From Candidatus Thorarchaeota archaeon (GTDB lineage: Archaea; Asgardarchaeota; Thorarchaeia; Thorarchaeales; Thorarchaeaceae), in contig JAFGAR010000040.1 of NCBI GenBank assembly GCA_016933575.1, positions 133,265 to 197,264 on the forward strand: DNA of 64,000 nucleotides, written 5' to 3'. Made by a program: the position numbers and the translations under genes. This document shows positions 39,194 to 49,141 of the stretch, piece by piece (the stretch's first letter is position 1; every line of letters starts with the position of its first letter). Below the pieces are notes generated by a model. That model searched no databases, was not told the DNA's origin, and worked only from the letters and a program-made list of their open reading frames with translations.

Positions 39194-39835
39194 TCAATAT
39201 GGCAAGCTCAAATCAAGTCCTTTCTCTAATAATTCAATAGCATTATCCACTTCTGACTTTGTCACAGAAATATCATCTACCTGAAGAAGAAGATCTTGTT
39301 CTTGAGATTCTTCCAAAAATATTACAACCGGATCCAGACCCGAAACAGGTCCTGCGCTCATCAATGGTGCTGTTACACCGTCATAGAAATCTCCTCTACC
39401 CAGAGGAATTTCCATCCTTTTCAGCAACCTATCTCCTTTCTTAGAAATCACCTGTCCGCAGGTTGGTCCATCATGGGTAACGAATGAGAATACGAATCTC
39501 GTGGGAATATTTCCTCGTAGGTAGAAGAGCATGTCTGTCATCCAATCATATTCTTTAACCATCACGTCGCCAAAAATTAGCATCAATTCATTTGATACCA
39601 TCGCATGCACTGGTACTACAGGTGCTTTCATATCCACGGGATAACGATTCCATGCTGAGAAAGCAGGGGAGTTGAAAATGAATAGGGTTTCGAATTCACT
39701 TCTTTCATAGAGGTGTCTACAAAGAGCCTGTCCCATCGGATTAAGTCCCATAATGACTGAGTAGGTCTCTGTTACTTTTTCCTTCTTATAGACTTCAAGG
39801 ATTGGCGAAATCCATTCCTGCTCAAATGTTGGCAT
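39194..39835 (-). CDS. Hypothetical, possible proteasome assembly chaperone (PAC)-like fold
   Basis: G...G.AL..HL near the N-terminus and GVTAPLM resemble the PAC2 family. Confidence 0.45.
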   Translation of the reverse strand: MPTFEQEWISPILEVYKKEKVTETYSVIMGLNPMGQALCRHLYERSEFETLFIFNSPAFSAWNRYPVDMKAPVVPVHAMVSNELMLIFGDVMVKEYDWMTDMLFYLRGNIPTRFVFSFVTHDGPTCGQVISKKGDRLLKRMEIPLGRGDFYDGVTAPLMSAGPVSGLDPVVIFLEESQEQDLLLQVDDISVTKSEVDNAIELLEKGLDLSLPY

Positions 39836-40004
39836 GTTAATTAGCCCAATTTACGAACAACACCGTTTCTAATGACTCTTCGTGTTACTTCATCTAATCC
39901 TGTTGAGATTCAATCAGACCTTTTCCAGGTAAATGACCCATCCGATTCATTTATACGGAAGCCCGGTCGACCCGACTCGTCTAACACTACTGGTGTGTGT
40001 GAGT

Positions 40005-41351
40005 ATGGACAAATACATAGAGAGTGTTTACAATAGGGTTGTCGCTAAGGACCCCGATCAGAAGGTCTTCCATCAAGCAGCGTTGGAAGTACTCGAATCT
40101 CTTGAACCTGCTATCAAGAAATATCCAAAGTACGAAGAGTTCTCTATTTTAGAGAGAATCACTGAACCTGAGCGTATAATTCAGTTCCGTGTTCCTTGGA
40201 AGGATAAAGATGGAAAGATACAGGTCAACAGAGGATATAGAATACAATTCAACTCCGCTATTGGACCTTACAAGGGAGGTCTCCGACTTCACCCAACAGT
40301 GAATCAAGGTGTGCTGAAATTCCTAGGATTTGAGCAGATCTTCAAGAACAGTCTGACAACACTGCCAATGGGAGGTGCTAAGGGTGGCTCAGATTTTGAT
40401 CCTAAAGGCAAGACTGATGCAGAAGTAGAGGGTTTCTGCGAGAGCTTCATGCTTGAACTCTATCGTCATATTGGTCAATTCATCGACATACCTGCTGGAG
40501 ATATAGGCGTTGGTGGTCGTGAAATTGGCTATCTTTATGGAGCTTACAGAAAGATCACAAACCACCATGGTACAGGTGTTTTAACTGGTAAAGGTGGTGG
40601 CTGGGGCGGATCATTAATTCGACCAGAAGCTACTGGTTACGGTTGTGTGTACTTTGTACAAGAGATGCTCAAGACTAAGAAAGAAGATTTGAAGGGTAAG
40701 ACAGTCTGTATTTCTGGTTCAGGCAATGTCGCTCAATATGCCACTGAGAAGTGCATTCAACTTGGAGCAAAGGTCATCTCCTCGAGTGATTCTACTGGTT
40801 GGATTCATGATCCTACTGGTATAACTCAAGAAAAGCTTGAGTGGGTAATGGACTTGAAGAACAATCGAAGAGGCAGAATCAAGGAATACGCTGACCACTT
40901 CAATGTTGATTATTCATCCACAGGAAGTCCCTGGAGTCTTAAATGTGATATTGCTCTACCATGTGCCACTCAGAACGAAGTGGATGCTAAGGAAGCAAAA
41001 GCACTAGTTGACAATGGTGTCATGGCAGTCGGTGAGGGGGCTAATATGCCCACTGTTCCCGAGGGTGTCGAAATCTTCTTAGAGAACAAGATTCTCTACG
41101 GTCCTGGTAAGGCTGCTAATGCTGGTGGTGTATCCGTTTCTGGGCTTGAGATGGCTCAGAACAGCCAACGTTTCTTCTGGACTCGTGAAGAAGTCGATGC
41201 AAAGCTACACCAAATCATGCAGAACATTCATGCCAATGCTTACAAGACATCTGAGATTTTCGGTGTCAAAGGTAATCTAGTTGTTGGCGCAAACATTGCA
41301 GGCTTTATGAAAGTAGCCAATGCAATGATTGACCAAGGTCATGGCGCATAG
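40005..41351 (+). CDS. gdhA: NAD(P)-specific glutamate dehydrogenase
   Basis: GPYKGGLR, MGGAKGGSDFDPK, DIPAGDIGVG, RPEATGYG, GSGNVA. Confidence 0.97.
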   Translation: MDKYIESVYNRVVAKDPDQKVFHQAALEVLESLEPAIKKYPKYEEFSILERITEPERIIQFRVPWKDKDGKIQVNRGYRIQFNSAIGPYKGGLRLHPTVNQGVLKFLGFEQIFKNSLTTLPMGGAKGGSDFDPKGKTDAEVEGFCESFMLELYRHIGQFIDIPAGDIGVGGREIGYLYGAYRKITNHHGTGVLTGKGGGWGGSLIRPEATGYGCVYFVQEMLKTKKEDLKGKTVCISGSGNVAQYATEKCIQLGAKVISSSDSTGWIHDPTGITQEKLEWVMDLKNNRRGRIKEYADHFNVDYSSTGSPWSLKCDIALPCATQNEVDAKEAKALVDNGVMAVGEGANMPTVPEGVEIFLENKILYGPGKAANAGGVSVSGLEMAQNSQRFFWTREEVDAKLHQIMQNIHANAYKTSEIFGVKGNLVVGANIAGFMKVANAMIDQGHGA

Positions 41352-41363
41352 ACAATATAATTT

Positions 41364-41402
41364 TGCAGGGTCTAGCAAAGATCCTGCATCACTTTCTTTT
41401 TC
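41364..41402 (+). terminator. Hairpin plus U-tract terminator after gdhA
   Basis: TGCAGGGTCT-AGCAA-AGATCCTGCA then TCACTTTCTTTTT. Confidence 0.7.
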
Positions 41403-41418
41403 AAATATCTAATGAAAA

Positions 41419-42024
41419 TCAGCTTCTAATAATCTGAAGCAATTCGGCTAATCTTCGTTTGACATCAGATTCAACGGTACGAAGCTCTGCAAGTTGACGA
41501 ATCTGCTCAATTCTCTTCTGCCGATATTCAGCCTCAGATATTTTGTTATTTCTCCTAGCAATCTCAATCCTATCAGATTCAAGATTAATCTCAGCTCGTC
41601 GAGCTTCTGTGAGGTCAAATCCCTGCTTAAGGCTCATCCATTCAATCATCGCATTGCTCTTTTCCTGCTCTATTCTAGACCGTCTCTCTCTCTCAATCTC
41701 CAACTGTTTGAGTTGTTTATTGGCTGATCTAATCTCTTTTTGAATTTCATAGAGTCTTGCCTCAACTTCTCGCTTTACTTGAATCATCTGAGTTGATGTA
41801 GCCCACTTCTCACGATAGAGGAAAATATGTTCCTTTTCTGTAATCGACCCCGAGGTTAGTTTCTTATCAAGATCATTCAATTCTTGCTGAATTTCACTAA
41901 GCTGATGTTTCAATTCGTCATAGGATTTCTTTAGAGAAACCCACTCTACGCTATATTGACTAAGAACCTCTTTGGGATCTATGGAGAATAGATCATCCGG
42001 GGAAGCGCCTTCTCGATGACTCAT
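41419..42024 (-). CDS. Internally duplicated coiled-coil protein
   Basis: Two ~100-aa units, each EW.SLK...I.E.E(H/Y)...V..RL.E....IRS. Confidence 0.8.
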   Translation of the reverse strand: MSHREGASPDDLFSIDPKEVLSQYSVEWVSLKKSYDELKHQLSEIQQELNDLDKKLTSGSITEKEHIFLYREKWATSTQMIQVKREVEARLYEIQKEIRSANKQLKQLEIERERRSRIEQEKSNAMIEWMSLKQGFDLTEARRAEINLESDRIEIARRNNKISEAEYRQKRIEQIRQLAELRTVESDVKRRLAELLQIIRS

Positions 42025-42184
42025 ATGCGGTAATTCTCCTATCTGACGATAAAGTTTGATATGTTCGCATCGATTTAAGACATTCCCTTTCGTCTTGATG
42101 CCTACATATGAATTGTATCCTTATCTTAATACAGACCTATCCTCTTAAGAGGTACAAGTTTTCTTGTATACCTGTGTGAAAACC

Positions 42185-43252
42185 ATGAAGATTGAGATGA
42201 ATCTTCTACCTCATGAAAAATTGAAACAAAAACCACAAGATGTTCTCAAGATACCATTTGGTACGGTTTTTACGGACCATATGTTTTCAATGCATTATTC
42301 TGGGAATTCATGGCATGAAGCTAGGATCCATCCTTATGCTCCTCTGGAGTTAAGTCCTGCTGCTCTCTGTCTGCACTATGGCCAGGGGATTTTTGAGGGA
42401 ATGAAGGCATATCGTCGTGATGGACGAGTCCTTCTCTTTAGACCTGAGAAAAATATTGAACGATTCAATATCTCTGCTGCTAGAATGGTGATGCCTGCAG
42501 TTGAAATCGATTTTGTTCTTGATGCCCTTAAAGAACTATTACGAGTCGAACGAAATTGGGTTCCAGATGCTCCTGGGAGTTCACTCTATATTCGACCGAC
42601 AATGATTGGAATTCAGGCAAAACTGGGTGTTAAACCTTCAGAAGAATATCTGTTCTTTATTATTCTCAGTCCTGTAGGTCCATATTTCAAAGAAGGATTT
42701 AGCCCAGTGAACATATACGTAAGCACTGAACATGTTCGAGCAGTCAGAGGTGGAGTTGGGGCTGCCAAAACGATTGGTAATTATGCAGCAAGCCTCTTTG
42801 CTGGAACTGAAGCAAGTAAGGTTGGATATTCGCAGGTTCTTTGGTTGGATGCTCTTGAACTCAAATATATTGAAGAAGTTGGAACAATGAATCTCTTTGT
42901 TAGGTTCGATGATGAACTTGCCACACCACCACTTACAGGCTCAATACTTGCTGGAATAACAAGAGATTCAGTTCTAACAATAACCAAAGATATGGGTATG
43001 AATGTTAAAGAGCGATCTATATCTATTGATGAAGTAATTGAAGGATTAGACTCTGGTAAAGTAATAGAGATGTTTGGATGCGGAACAGCCGCGATAATCG
43101 CACCAGTTGGCTCCTTATGGTATAAAGGAAAACCCTATGCAGTTTCTAATGGAAAGACTGGTGAACTCACTCAACATCTCTTCGATGAACTAACAGGTAT
43201 CCAATCCGGTGAACGTGAGGACCGATATGGGTGGATTGTTGATATCGATTGA
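42185..43252 (+). CDS. ilvE: Branched-chain amino acid aminotransferase
   Basis: LHYGQGIFEGMKAY, LYIRP, AKTIGNY, EEVGTMN, ILAGITR, GTAA. Confidence 0.96.
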   Translation: MKIEMNLLPHEKLKQKPQDVLKIPFGTVFTDHMFSMHYSGNSWHEARIHPYAPLELSPAALCLHYGQGIFEGMKAYRRDGRVLLFRPEKNIERFNISAARMVMPAVEIDFVLDALKELLRVERNWVPDAPGSSLYIRPTMIGIQAKLGVKPSEEYLFFIILSPVGPYFKEGFSPVNIYVSTEHVRAVRGGVGAAKTIGNYAASLFAGTEASKVGYSQVLWLDALELKYIEEVGTMNLFVRFDDELATPPLTGSILAGITRDSVLTITKDMGMNVKERSISIDEVIEGLDSGKVIEMFGCGTAAIIAPVGSLWYKGKPYAVSNGKTGELTQHLFDELTGIQSGEREDRYGWIVDID

Positions 43253-43258
43253 AGCTTT

Positions 43259-43642
43259 CTATAGATCAAGCTCTCTTCGTTCTGCATCAGAGACTTCTGG
43301 TTCTTCACTGTCAAGTGAGTCCCATGCTGGTGGTGGGTCTAATGTTGGTTCATCACTACTAACTTCGTCAAGTGCTTCATCATCTGCTATTTCATATTGT
43401 TCCATTATCTCTGGTGGAAGTTCTTCCTCTTCTTCTTCTTCCTCCTCCTCCTCTTCAGGTTCAATTAATCTGAACTCTCTGACTAGTTTTCCTTCTTCTA
43501 TTCTTTCGAGGAGTAGTCGGAACATCCGTTCAACCACAACACTCCGACCTTTTGCTTCAAATTCAATGTTACCGATTTCGAACTCTATCTCAGCATAGTC
43601 CGATTTCTTACCTTTTTTGTCTTTAATTTCATCCTCCGACAT
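43259..43642 (-). CDS. Small acidic hypothetical protein
   Basis: ATG at 43642 (MSEDEIK); short beta-beta-alpha core plus poly-Glu. Confidence 0.65.
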   Translation of the reverse strand: MSEDEIKDKKGKKSDYAEIEFEIGNIEFEAKGRSVVVERMFRLLLERIEEGKLVREFRLIEPEEEEEEEEEEEELPPEIMEQYEIADDEALDEVSSDEPTLDPPPAWDSLDSEEPEVSDAERRELDL

Positions 43643-43759
43643 TGTACACAACCTAAAATTCGTAAATGCTCCAGCCTTAATAAACAATGTAGGCATTGCA
43701 TAAATATCATCGTTGCCAAAGCATTTTAGTGTGAATTCATCAGAACTACACTCCTCGAG

Positions 43760-44275
43760 GTGACACCTTTGCCTTCACAATTGATGGTTGACATGAATCG
43801 TTGTACTGGTTGTCGCATCTGCGAATTAGCTTGCTCTGCAAAACATGAGGGCAAATTTCAGCCAAGTCTCGCACGGCTGAAGATTGTACGATATGATGAT
43901 CTGGGTCTTGATATCCCTAATGTATGTGGGCCCTGCGAGACTGCACCGTGCGTTGATATCTGTCCCGTTTATGCGATGCGTCGAGATCCTATCTCAAAGA
44001 TGACCTTTATTGATGAAGACAAATGCATCCTCTGCAAATCATGCGTTGGTGCTTGTGTAAATGGAGTCATCCTTCTCGATACAGTGAGAATGCGGATCAT
44101 CAAATGTGATCATTGTGGTGGAGACCCTGAATGTGCAAAGGCTTGCCCAACTGGTGCAATAAGTTACCAACCTGTTACATCCCTTTCCTCAGTAGATCGT
44201 CATGGAAAGATATTGACCTATCTAAAGGAAATTGACCGTACAGAGAAAACACAGGAAATGAGTGGAGCTGAGTGA
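43760..44275 (+). CDS. 4x[4Fe-4S] ferredoxin subunit (DmsB/HydN-like)
   Basis: CTGCRIC...C, CGPC....C...CP, CILCKSC...C, CDHC.....C...CP. Confidence 0.93.
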   Translation: MTPLPSQLMVDMNRCTGCRICELACSAKHEGKFQPSLARLKIVRYDDLGLDIPNVCGPCETAPCVDICPVYAMRRDPISKMTFIDEDKCILCKSCVGACVNGVILLDTVRMRIIKCDHCGGDPECAKACPTGAISYQPVTSLSSVDRHGKILTYLKEIDRTEKTQEMSGAE

Positions 44276-46167
44276 GCTTGACTGGTGGTTATACAGGAAA
44301 AATCTTGCGTGTCAACCTTACAGACGAAAACTTCCAAGTGGATTCCCTCCCAAAAGAATGGATTCGTGATTTTATTGGAGGCGATGGTTTTGGAGCAAAA
44401 CTCCTTTTCGATGAAGTCCCTGCAAAGACAGACCCTTTGAGTCCAAGTAACAAGCTCATAATTGGTACAGGACCTATCACTGGGACAATGTGGCCCATGA
44501 GTGGAAGGACCGTCTTTATTTCAAAAGCACCTCTAACAGGTATCTGGGGCGAAAGCCACGTGGGTGGACACCTTGGACCTGAATTGAAATATGCTGGATA
44601 TGATATGCTTGTTGTTGAGGGAAAGTCTGAGAAACCTGTCTATATCAGTATTGAAGATTCTAATCTACAGATTCTGGATGCAAAGCATCTATGGGGCTTG
44701 ACAACGGACAAGACGACTAGTGAAATAAAGACTGAACATCATAATCCCGATATTCAAGTAGCAGCAATTGGTCCGGCTGGTGAACGACTTGTACGTTATG
44801 CATCTGTTATTGTGAATTATGCACGAGCCGCTGGTAGAACTGGAATGGGCGCAGTACTTGGGAGTAAGAATGTGAAGGCAATTGCCATTAGAGGTACCGG
44901 TGCTGTCGAAGTTCATGACCACGAAGGTTTTGTCAACCTAGCCAAGGAGGCACACTCTAAGGTTCGGATAAATCCCCAAGCTCGAGAAATGGGAAAGTAC
45001 GGTACTTGGGTATTAACCGCTGTAAAACAGGAGATTGGTGAACTACCCACCTATAACCATCAAACTGGTGTCTTTGATGGTTGGGAGAAACTTAGTGGTG
45101 ATTACATTCGTCCTCGATATACTGTAGCTGATAGAGCTTGCTTTGGTTGCAGTCTCGGATGCAAGAAGGTGAATTATATTGCAGAAGGACCATTCAAAGG
45201 CACATTAGAAGAAGGTCCTGAATACGAAGGCTTGATGGCTTTTGGCAGTTCACTTGGTATTGACGACTATGCGACAACACTGAAAGCAAATCAGATATGC
45301 AACAAATATGGAATGGATATCATATCTGCAGGAGCAACAATCGGGTTTGCAATAGAGTCATTTGAAAAAGGTGCTATAACTGAGGAAGATACGGGTGGAT
45401 TAAGGCTCCAGTGGGGCGATAGAGAGCAAATCATTCACCTCTTAGAAATGATTGCTAAACGAGAGGGTTTTGGAGAGCTTCTTGCAGAAGGAAGTAAGAA
45501 AGCCGCTGAAACTTTGGGACGAGGTACCGACAAATTTGCGATTCACGTTAAAGGTATGGAAGTCTCAGGACAAGATGGTCGGACTCATAGAAGTATTGCT
45601 CTTGGCCACGCAACGGGAGCTCGGGGTGCAGACCATCTACGAAGCCTAGTGGTTGTTGATCAATTGGGCTACGAGGATGTTGCTGCAAAGAGATGGGGAG
45701 CTGATAAACTTCCAGAAATCATCGATCCATATACTGAGAAGTACAAAGCGAATGCTGTATTTGAGTCAGAGAATGCCTATTGCATTCGGGATACACTCAT
45801 TGTGTGTTGGTATTCTGTTTCGTGGCCCCCAATTTTTTGGATGGAAGATTTCGCTAAAATGCTACCTCTTGCAACAGGTGATTCATTTTTTGGTAAGGTG
45901 GAAAATCTAACGAAGATTGCTGAACGTCAAGTCACTCTAAAACGGCTCTTCAATGCTAGAGAGGGGATTACAAAGAAGGATGACCAGCTTCCTGATCGAT
46001 TTACTAAAGATCCAATGCCTGAAGGTCCTGGTAAAGGGCAAATAGTAAATCTTGAACCTATGCTGCGTGACTACTACTCATTAAGAGGTTGGGATTTAGA
46101 AACCGGACTACCAACTACAAAGACTCTGAAACGATTATCATTAGAGTGGGCTGCCGCCCACCCATAA
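44272..46167 (+). CDS. aor: Tungsten aldehyde:ferredoxin oxidoreductase family
   Basis: GYTGKILRVNLT, KAPLTG, GRTGMGAV, CFGCSLGC, EYE, RGADH; 4-nt overlap with the ferredoxin gene. Confidence 0.93.
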   Translation: MSLTGGYTGKILRVNLTDENFQVDSLPKEWIRDFIGGDGFGAKLLFDEVPAKTDPLSPSNKLIIGTGPITGTMWPMSGRTVFISKAPLTGIWGESHVGGHLGPELKYAGYDMLVVEGKSEKPVYISIEDSNLQILDAKHLWGLTTDKTTSEIKTEHHNPDIQVAAIGPAGERLVRYASVIVNYARAAGRTGMGAVLGSKNVKAIAIRGTGAVEVHDHEGFVNLAKEAHSKVRINPQAREMGKYGTWVLTAVKQEIGELPTYNHQTGVFDGWEKLSGDYIRPRYTVADRACFGCSLGCKKVNYIAEGPFKGTLEEGPEYEGLMAFGSSLGIDDYATTLKANQICNKYGMDIISAGATIGFAIESFEKGAITEEDTGGLRLQWGDREQIIHLLEMIAKREGFGELLAEGSKKAAETLGRGTDKFAIHVKGMEVSGQDGRTHRSIALGHATGARGADHLRSLVVVDQLGYEDVAAKRWGADKLPEIIDPYTEKYKANAVFESENAYCIRDTLIVCWYSVSWPPIFWMEDFAKMLPLATGDSFFGKVENLTKIAERQVTLKRLFNAREGITKKDDQLPDRFTKDPMPEGPGKGQIVNLEPMLRDYYSLRGWDLETGLPTTKTLKRLSLEWAAAHP

Positions 46168-46181
46168 ATGGTAAATTGTAA

Positions 46182-47138
46182 CTACATGCGAATATAGTCC
46201 ACTCGATGTGGATTACCACATGATGGGCATGCATATTGATCGGGACCAATCCAATCTATCTGCTCCCATGTCATGGGTGCCCCGCAATGTACGCATCTAT
46301 CTTTGATGACTGGTTTCACAAAGACAGTACCTACACCGGCACTTCCACTCGTTTCCATACTCTGTGTTGTTTCGGTTGCAACATGACTTGGCGTTAGTTT
46401 GGCAAGGTCACTCCCTTCGTACTGACTAAGAGGATGATGTGGTACGATATAGCTATGGGGGCGAATTAACCAATCCAATCGTTCGCTGACCATATCACCC
46501 CAGGCCCTTGTTTGCCAGACAGTAACCATGTGATCTTGTCGTGGAACGCGACCTCTGATCTCAAATTTTCCATTAGTTGCTTTGATCTTCAGTTTATCGC
46601 CTCTTGATTCGAATGTTTCAACCATGTATAGTGGGAAGATGAATAATTTACGACTCTTCATATCCATCTGGTACAGTCTGTAATTTGTGAGAATGAAGTT
46701 GTCAGGATAATATGTGAATACTTCTTCGCCTTTAATCCAAGCAAATGTCTGATAAAAGTGTCTTGAGAAGGGCCTATGAAAACCAATAGAGATCCACCGA
46801 TTATATGGGTGGTCTGGGTGGACAAAAGGCACTCCACTGACTTCACATATCTTTCTTTGAGTACCAACTGTTAAACCGTCGAACTCCCTGAAACCAAGAG
46901 CTGCTCTCATCTCTTCTCTCTTTGGCATAGCGCCTACAATATTGACAATACCATTAACTACTTTGAACATGGCTGAATTTGGAGTCAGCTTATATTCCTT
47001 AATGATATGTAATGGGAGACTTATGCTAGTTCTTGATCCTCTATCAAATTGGATCAATCTGTAGTTTGTAACAATGTACTCCTGATGTTGAGCTAGTACT
47101 CGTTCATTTTCAATTGGAATATAGGTTAAGGATGACAA
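46182..47138 (-). CDS. Tandem PH/GRAM-like domain protein with C-terminal Zn ribbon
   Basis: Repeats YIVTNYRLI...PLH / FILTNYRLY...PLY; CVHCG...CPSCG. Confidence 0.65.
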   Translation of the reverse strand: MSSLTYIPIENERVLAQHQEYIVTNYRLIQFDRGSRTSISLPLHIIKEYKLTPNSAMFKVVNGIVNIVGAMPKREEMRAALGFREFDGLTVGTQRKICEVSGVPFVHPDHPYNRWISIGFHRPFSRHFYQTFAWIKGEEVFTYYPDNFILTNYRLYQMDMKSRKLFIFPLYMVETFESRGDKLKIKATNGKFEIRGRVPRQDHMVTVWQTRAWGDMVSERLDWLIRPHSYIVPHHPLSQYEGSDLAKLTPSHVATETTQSMETSGSAGVGTVFVKPVIKDRCVHCGAPMTWEQIDWIGPDQYACPSCGNPHRVDYIRM

Positions 47139-47237
47139 TGTAAATCACACCAACTGCATCGTTATGGTAACATCTCTAAAGGAACTTTATTGGAATTAAA
47201 ATCTTGGCTGTACGAGGCCGCACAGCCCGATGGTTCT

Positions 47238-47540
47238 CTAGACCTGCATCTGCCGAGGAATCGATACATAAAGAACATCTTCGAATCCAAGTATTCCATG
47301 CCCACTTGGATTCACTAGTTTTACATAATCATCGAAAACATCCTCAACTCGAACGTTGGGTATCTTCGCTAGAGTATCCTTCTGCATGTATCTCAAGTAT
47401 ACAGTGAAGGTTTGTCCTGTTGTCTTTAAATCTTGGAAAATGCTCTTCCAATCTGGCAAGCTGTCTTTCCTCCTTATCTCAGTTTCATCTGTATAACCAT
47501 TTAATACTTGCTGCTTAGGTACCTTGAAGCCTTCCATCAT
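47238..47540 (-). CDS. Small protein, possible Sm/SH3-like beta-barrel
   Basis: Helix then TVYL...VRVEDVFDDYVKL...ILGFEDVLYVSI; GC hairpin downstream (47206-47227). Confidence 0.6.
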   Translation of the reverse strand: MMEGFKVPKQQVLNGYTDETEIRRKDSLPDWKSIFQDLKTTGQTFTVYLRYMQKDTLAKIPNVRVEDVFDDYVKLVNPSGHGILGFEDVLYVSIPRQMQV

Positions 47541-47982
47541 ATGTAGTCAAAGGAGTTAACCCTAGATGAAGAAATACCTCTTTTACTCTCTTCATCAATG
47601 CTGTTGTTCTGTTTGTACAAAACAGATGAGTTGAGCACGAACTCCGACAATCAGTTGACCCAAATCCCCTTGGTCCTGGTAACATATCTTCAATCTGCTT
47701 TATACCATGGGCTAATTCACACTCGACAGATTCCAAGCTTTCTGACCAGATGACCGATTTCAATGTGGCTCTCTCCTTGAGAAGGTAGTCTATATGCCAA
47801 AATAGCTTCTTGTCTTGACGAAAATGCCTTTGTATCCTTTTCTCAAGACTTGTCGATCCTTCTCCCATTGCGGATCCAACATAGAGGTAGGTTCCTGAAT
47901 CAATCGTGGGTCTTCCAATAGATTTTATGTCTAGAATCAACTCATTTGGTATTTCGATAATGAGCACATATGCTCCCTTCAT
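47515..47982 (-). CDS. DUF123 GIY-YIG (Uri) superfamily protein
   Basis: KGAYVL, YLYVGSA, RH...WHIDYLL, ECE, FGSTDC..C.THL. Confidence 0.9.
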   Translation of the reverse strand: MKGAYVLIIEIPNELILDIKSIGRPTIDSGTYLYVGSAMGEGSTSLEKRIQRHFRQDKKLFWHIDYLLKERATLKSVIWSESLESVECELAHGIKQIEDMLPGPRGFGSTDCRSSCSTHLFCTNRTTALMKRVKEVFLHLGLTPLTTYDGRLQGT

Positions 47983-48089
47983 TCTATACCACTACACATG
48001 GCGCAATGAACATTTTCTGACCAATAGCCTTGATAAGCTCTCCCTCTGCGATATTATCATAAGGACTGATATCGTGAATATGCTTAGAC

Positions 48090-49037
48090 ATGGCATCAAT
48101 TGAAATCATACCGGGCATTAATGTTGTTCGCGGGAAATTTGCAGGAGAATTTGGATTCATCGCCTGTTACCTGGTCATCGATGAAGGAGAAGCACTTGTT
48201 ATTGATCCGGGAACTGCAGGAGACCCCGGTGATAGAATTGAAAAAACAATGAAAAAATTTGGCCTGAATCCGAAGAGTGATCTTATTGGTATTCTTTGTA
48301 CACATGGCCATCCTGACCATGCAGGAGGCGCAGGCCGGCTAAAGAAATCCACTTCTGCACCTATCATGATTCACTCCAATGATGCAGAACTATTGCGAAA
48401 CCCACAGTCATTCTTTGCAAAACGGTTGATAATGGATCGTGCAACTAGATTATCAATGAAACTGGATAAAGGACCACTTCGAATTAATTATCGAGGTCTC
48501 GAACCTGATGTACTTCTTTCAGATGGTCAAAAGATACGGGTAGGTACAAAAACCCTCGATGTCATCTTGACCGGAGGCCATTCTGGCGGGCATTGTGTTC
48601 TCTACGAAGGGTCACAAAAAATCCTTTTTTCCGGAGATGAAATAAACAACTTTCCGAATGATCCCAGGAAGTTCTATGTTGATCTAAGTGGTAGTATGGT
48701 CTCTAAATTAGCTGCTATAAACCGGTTGTCGAAGTTTGATATTGAACATCTTCTTCCATCTCATGATGTGCCCTATCTCTTTGGTGAAGCGCACCTTCAA
48801 TTCGAATCAGTTCGAGATGGAATAGTACATCTTCAAGATACAATTCTATCTCATCTTGGAGCCAGAGGAGATGCCGACATCGAGCAGTTAGTCTTCGATA
48901 TCAAACAATCACGAAGTGTACCAATCCCTGAGAGTTATGATGCTTTATTAGCAACAACTATTCAAGTTGTACTTGAGGGTCTCGAAGAAGCTGGATTAGT
49001 TAGGCATCTTGGAAAAGGAATCTGGGATAAATTGTAA
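48090..49037 (+). CDS. MBL-fold metallo-hydrolase with C-terminal wHTH
   Basis: THGHPDH, GHSGGH, SGD, PSH. Confidence 0.9.
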   Translation: MASIEIIPGINVVRGKFAGEFGFIACYLVIDEGEALVIDPGTAGDPGDRIEKTMKKFGLNPKSDLIGILCTHGHPDHAGGAGRLKKSTSAPIMIHSNDAELLRNPQSFFAKRLIMDRATRLSMKLDKGPLRINYRGLEPDVLLSDGQKIRVGTKTLDVILTGGHSGGHCVLYEGSQKILFSGDEINNFPNDPRKFYVDLSGSMVSKLAAINRLSKFDIEHLLPSHDVPYLFGEAHLQFESVRDGIVHLQDTILSHLGARGDADIEQLVFDIKQSRSVPIPESYDALLATTIQVVLEGLEEAGLVRHLGKGIWDKL

Positions 49038-49141
49038 TAGATAGGCTACGCGCAAGCTAGATTCAAATGAAAGCGGTTGATTACTTACAAATCCATAGAA
49101 TGGAATGTCTCCGCAATCGATATTGAAATGGAGGACACATC

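Noticed and set aside
43424-43456. TCT/TCC trinucleotide run
   Set aside because: Simply encodes the poly-Glu tract of the minus-strand acidic protein
47515-47982. Homing endonuclease or mobile element
   Set aside because: DUF123 is a common stand-alone archaeal gene; no intron, intein or flanking repeats
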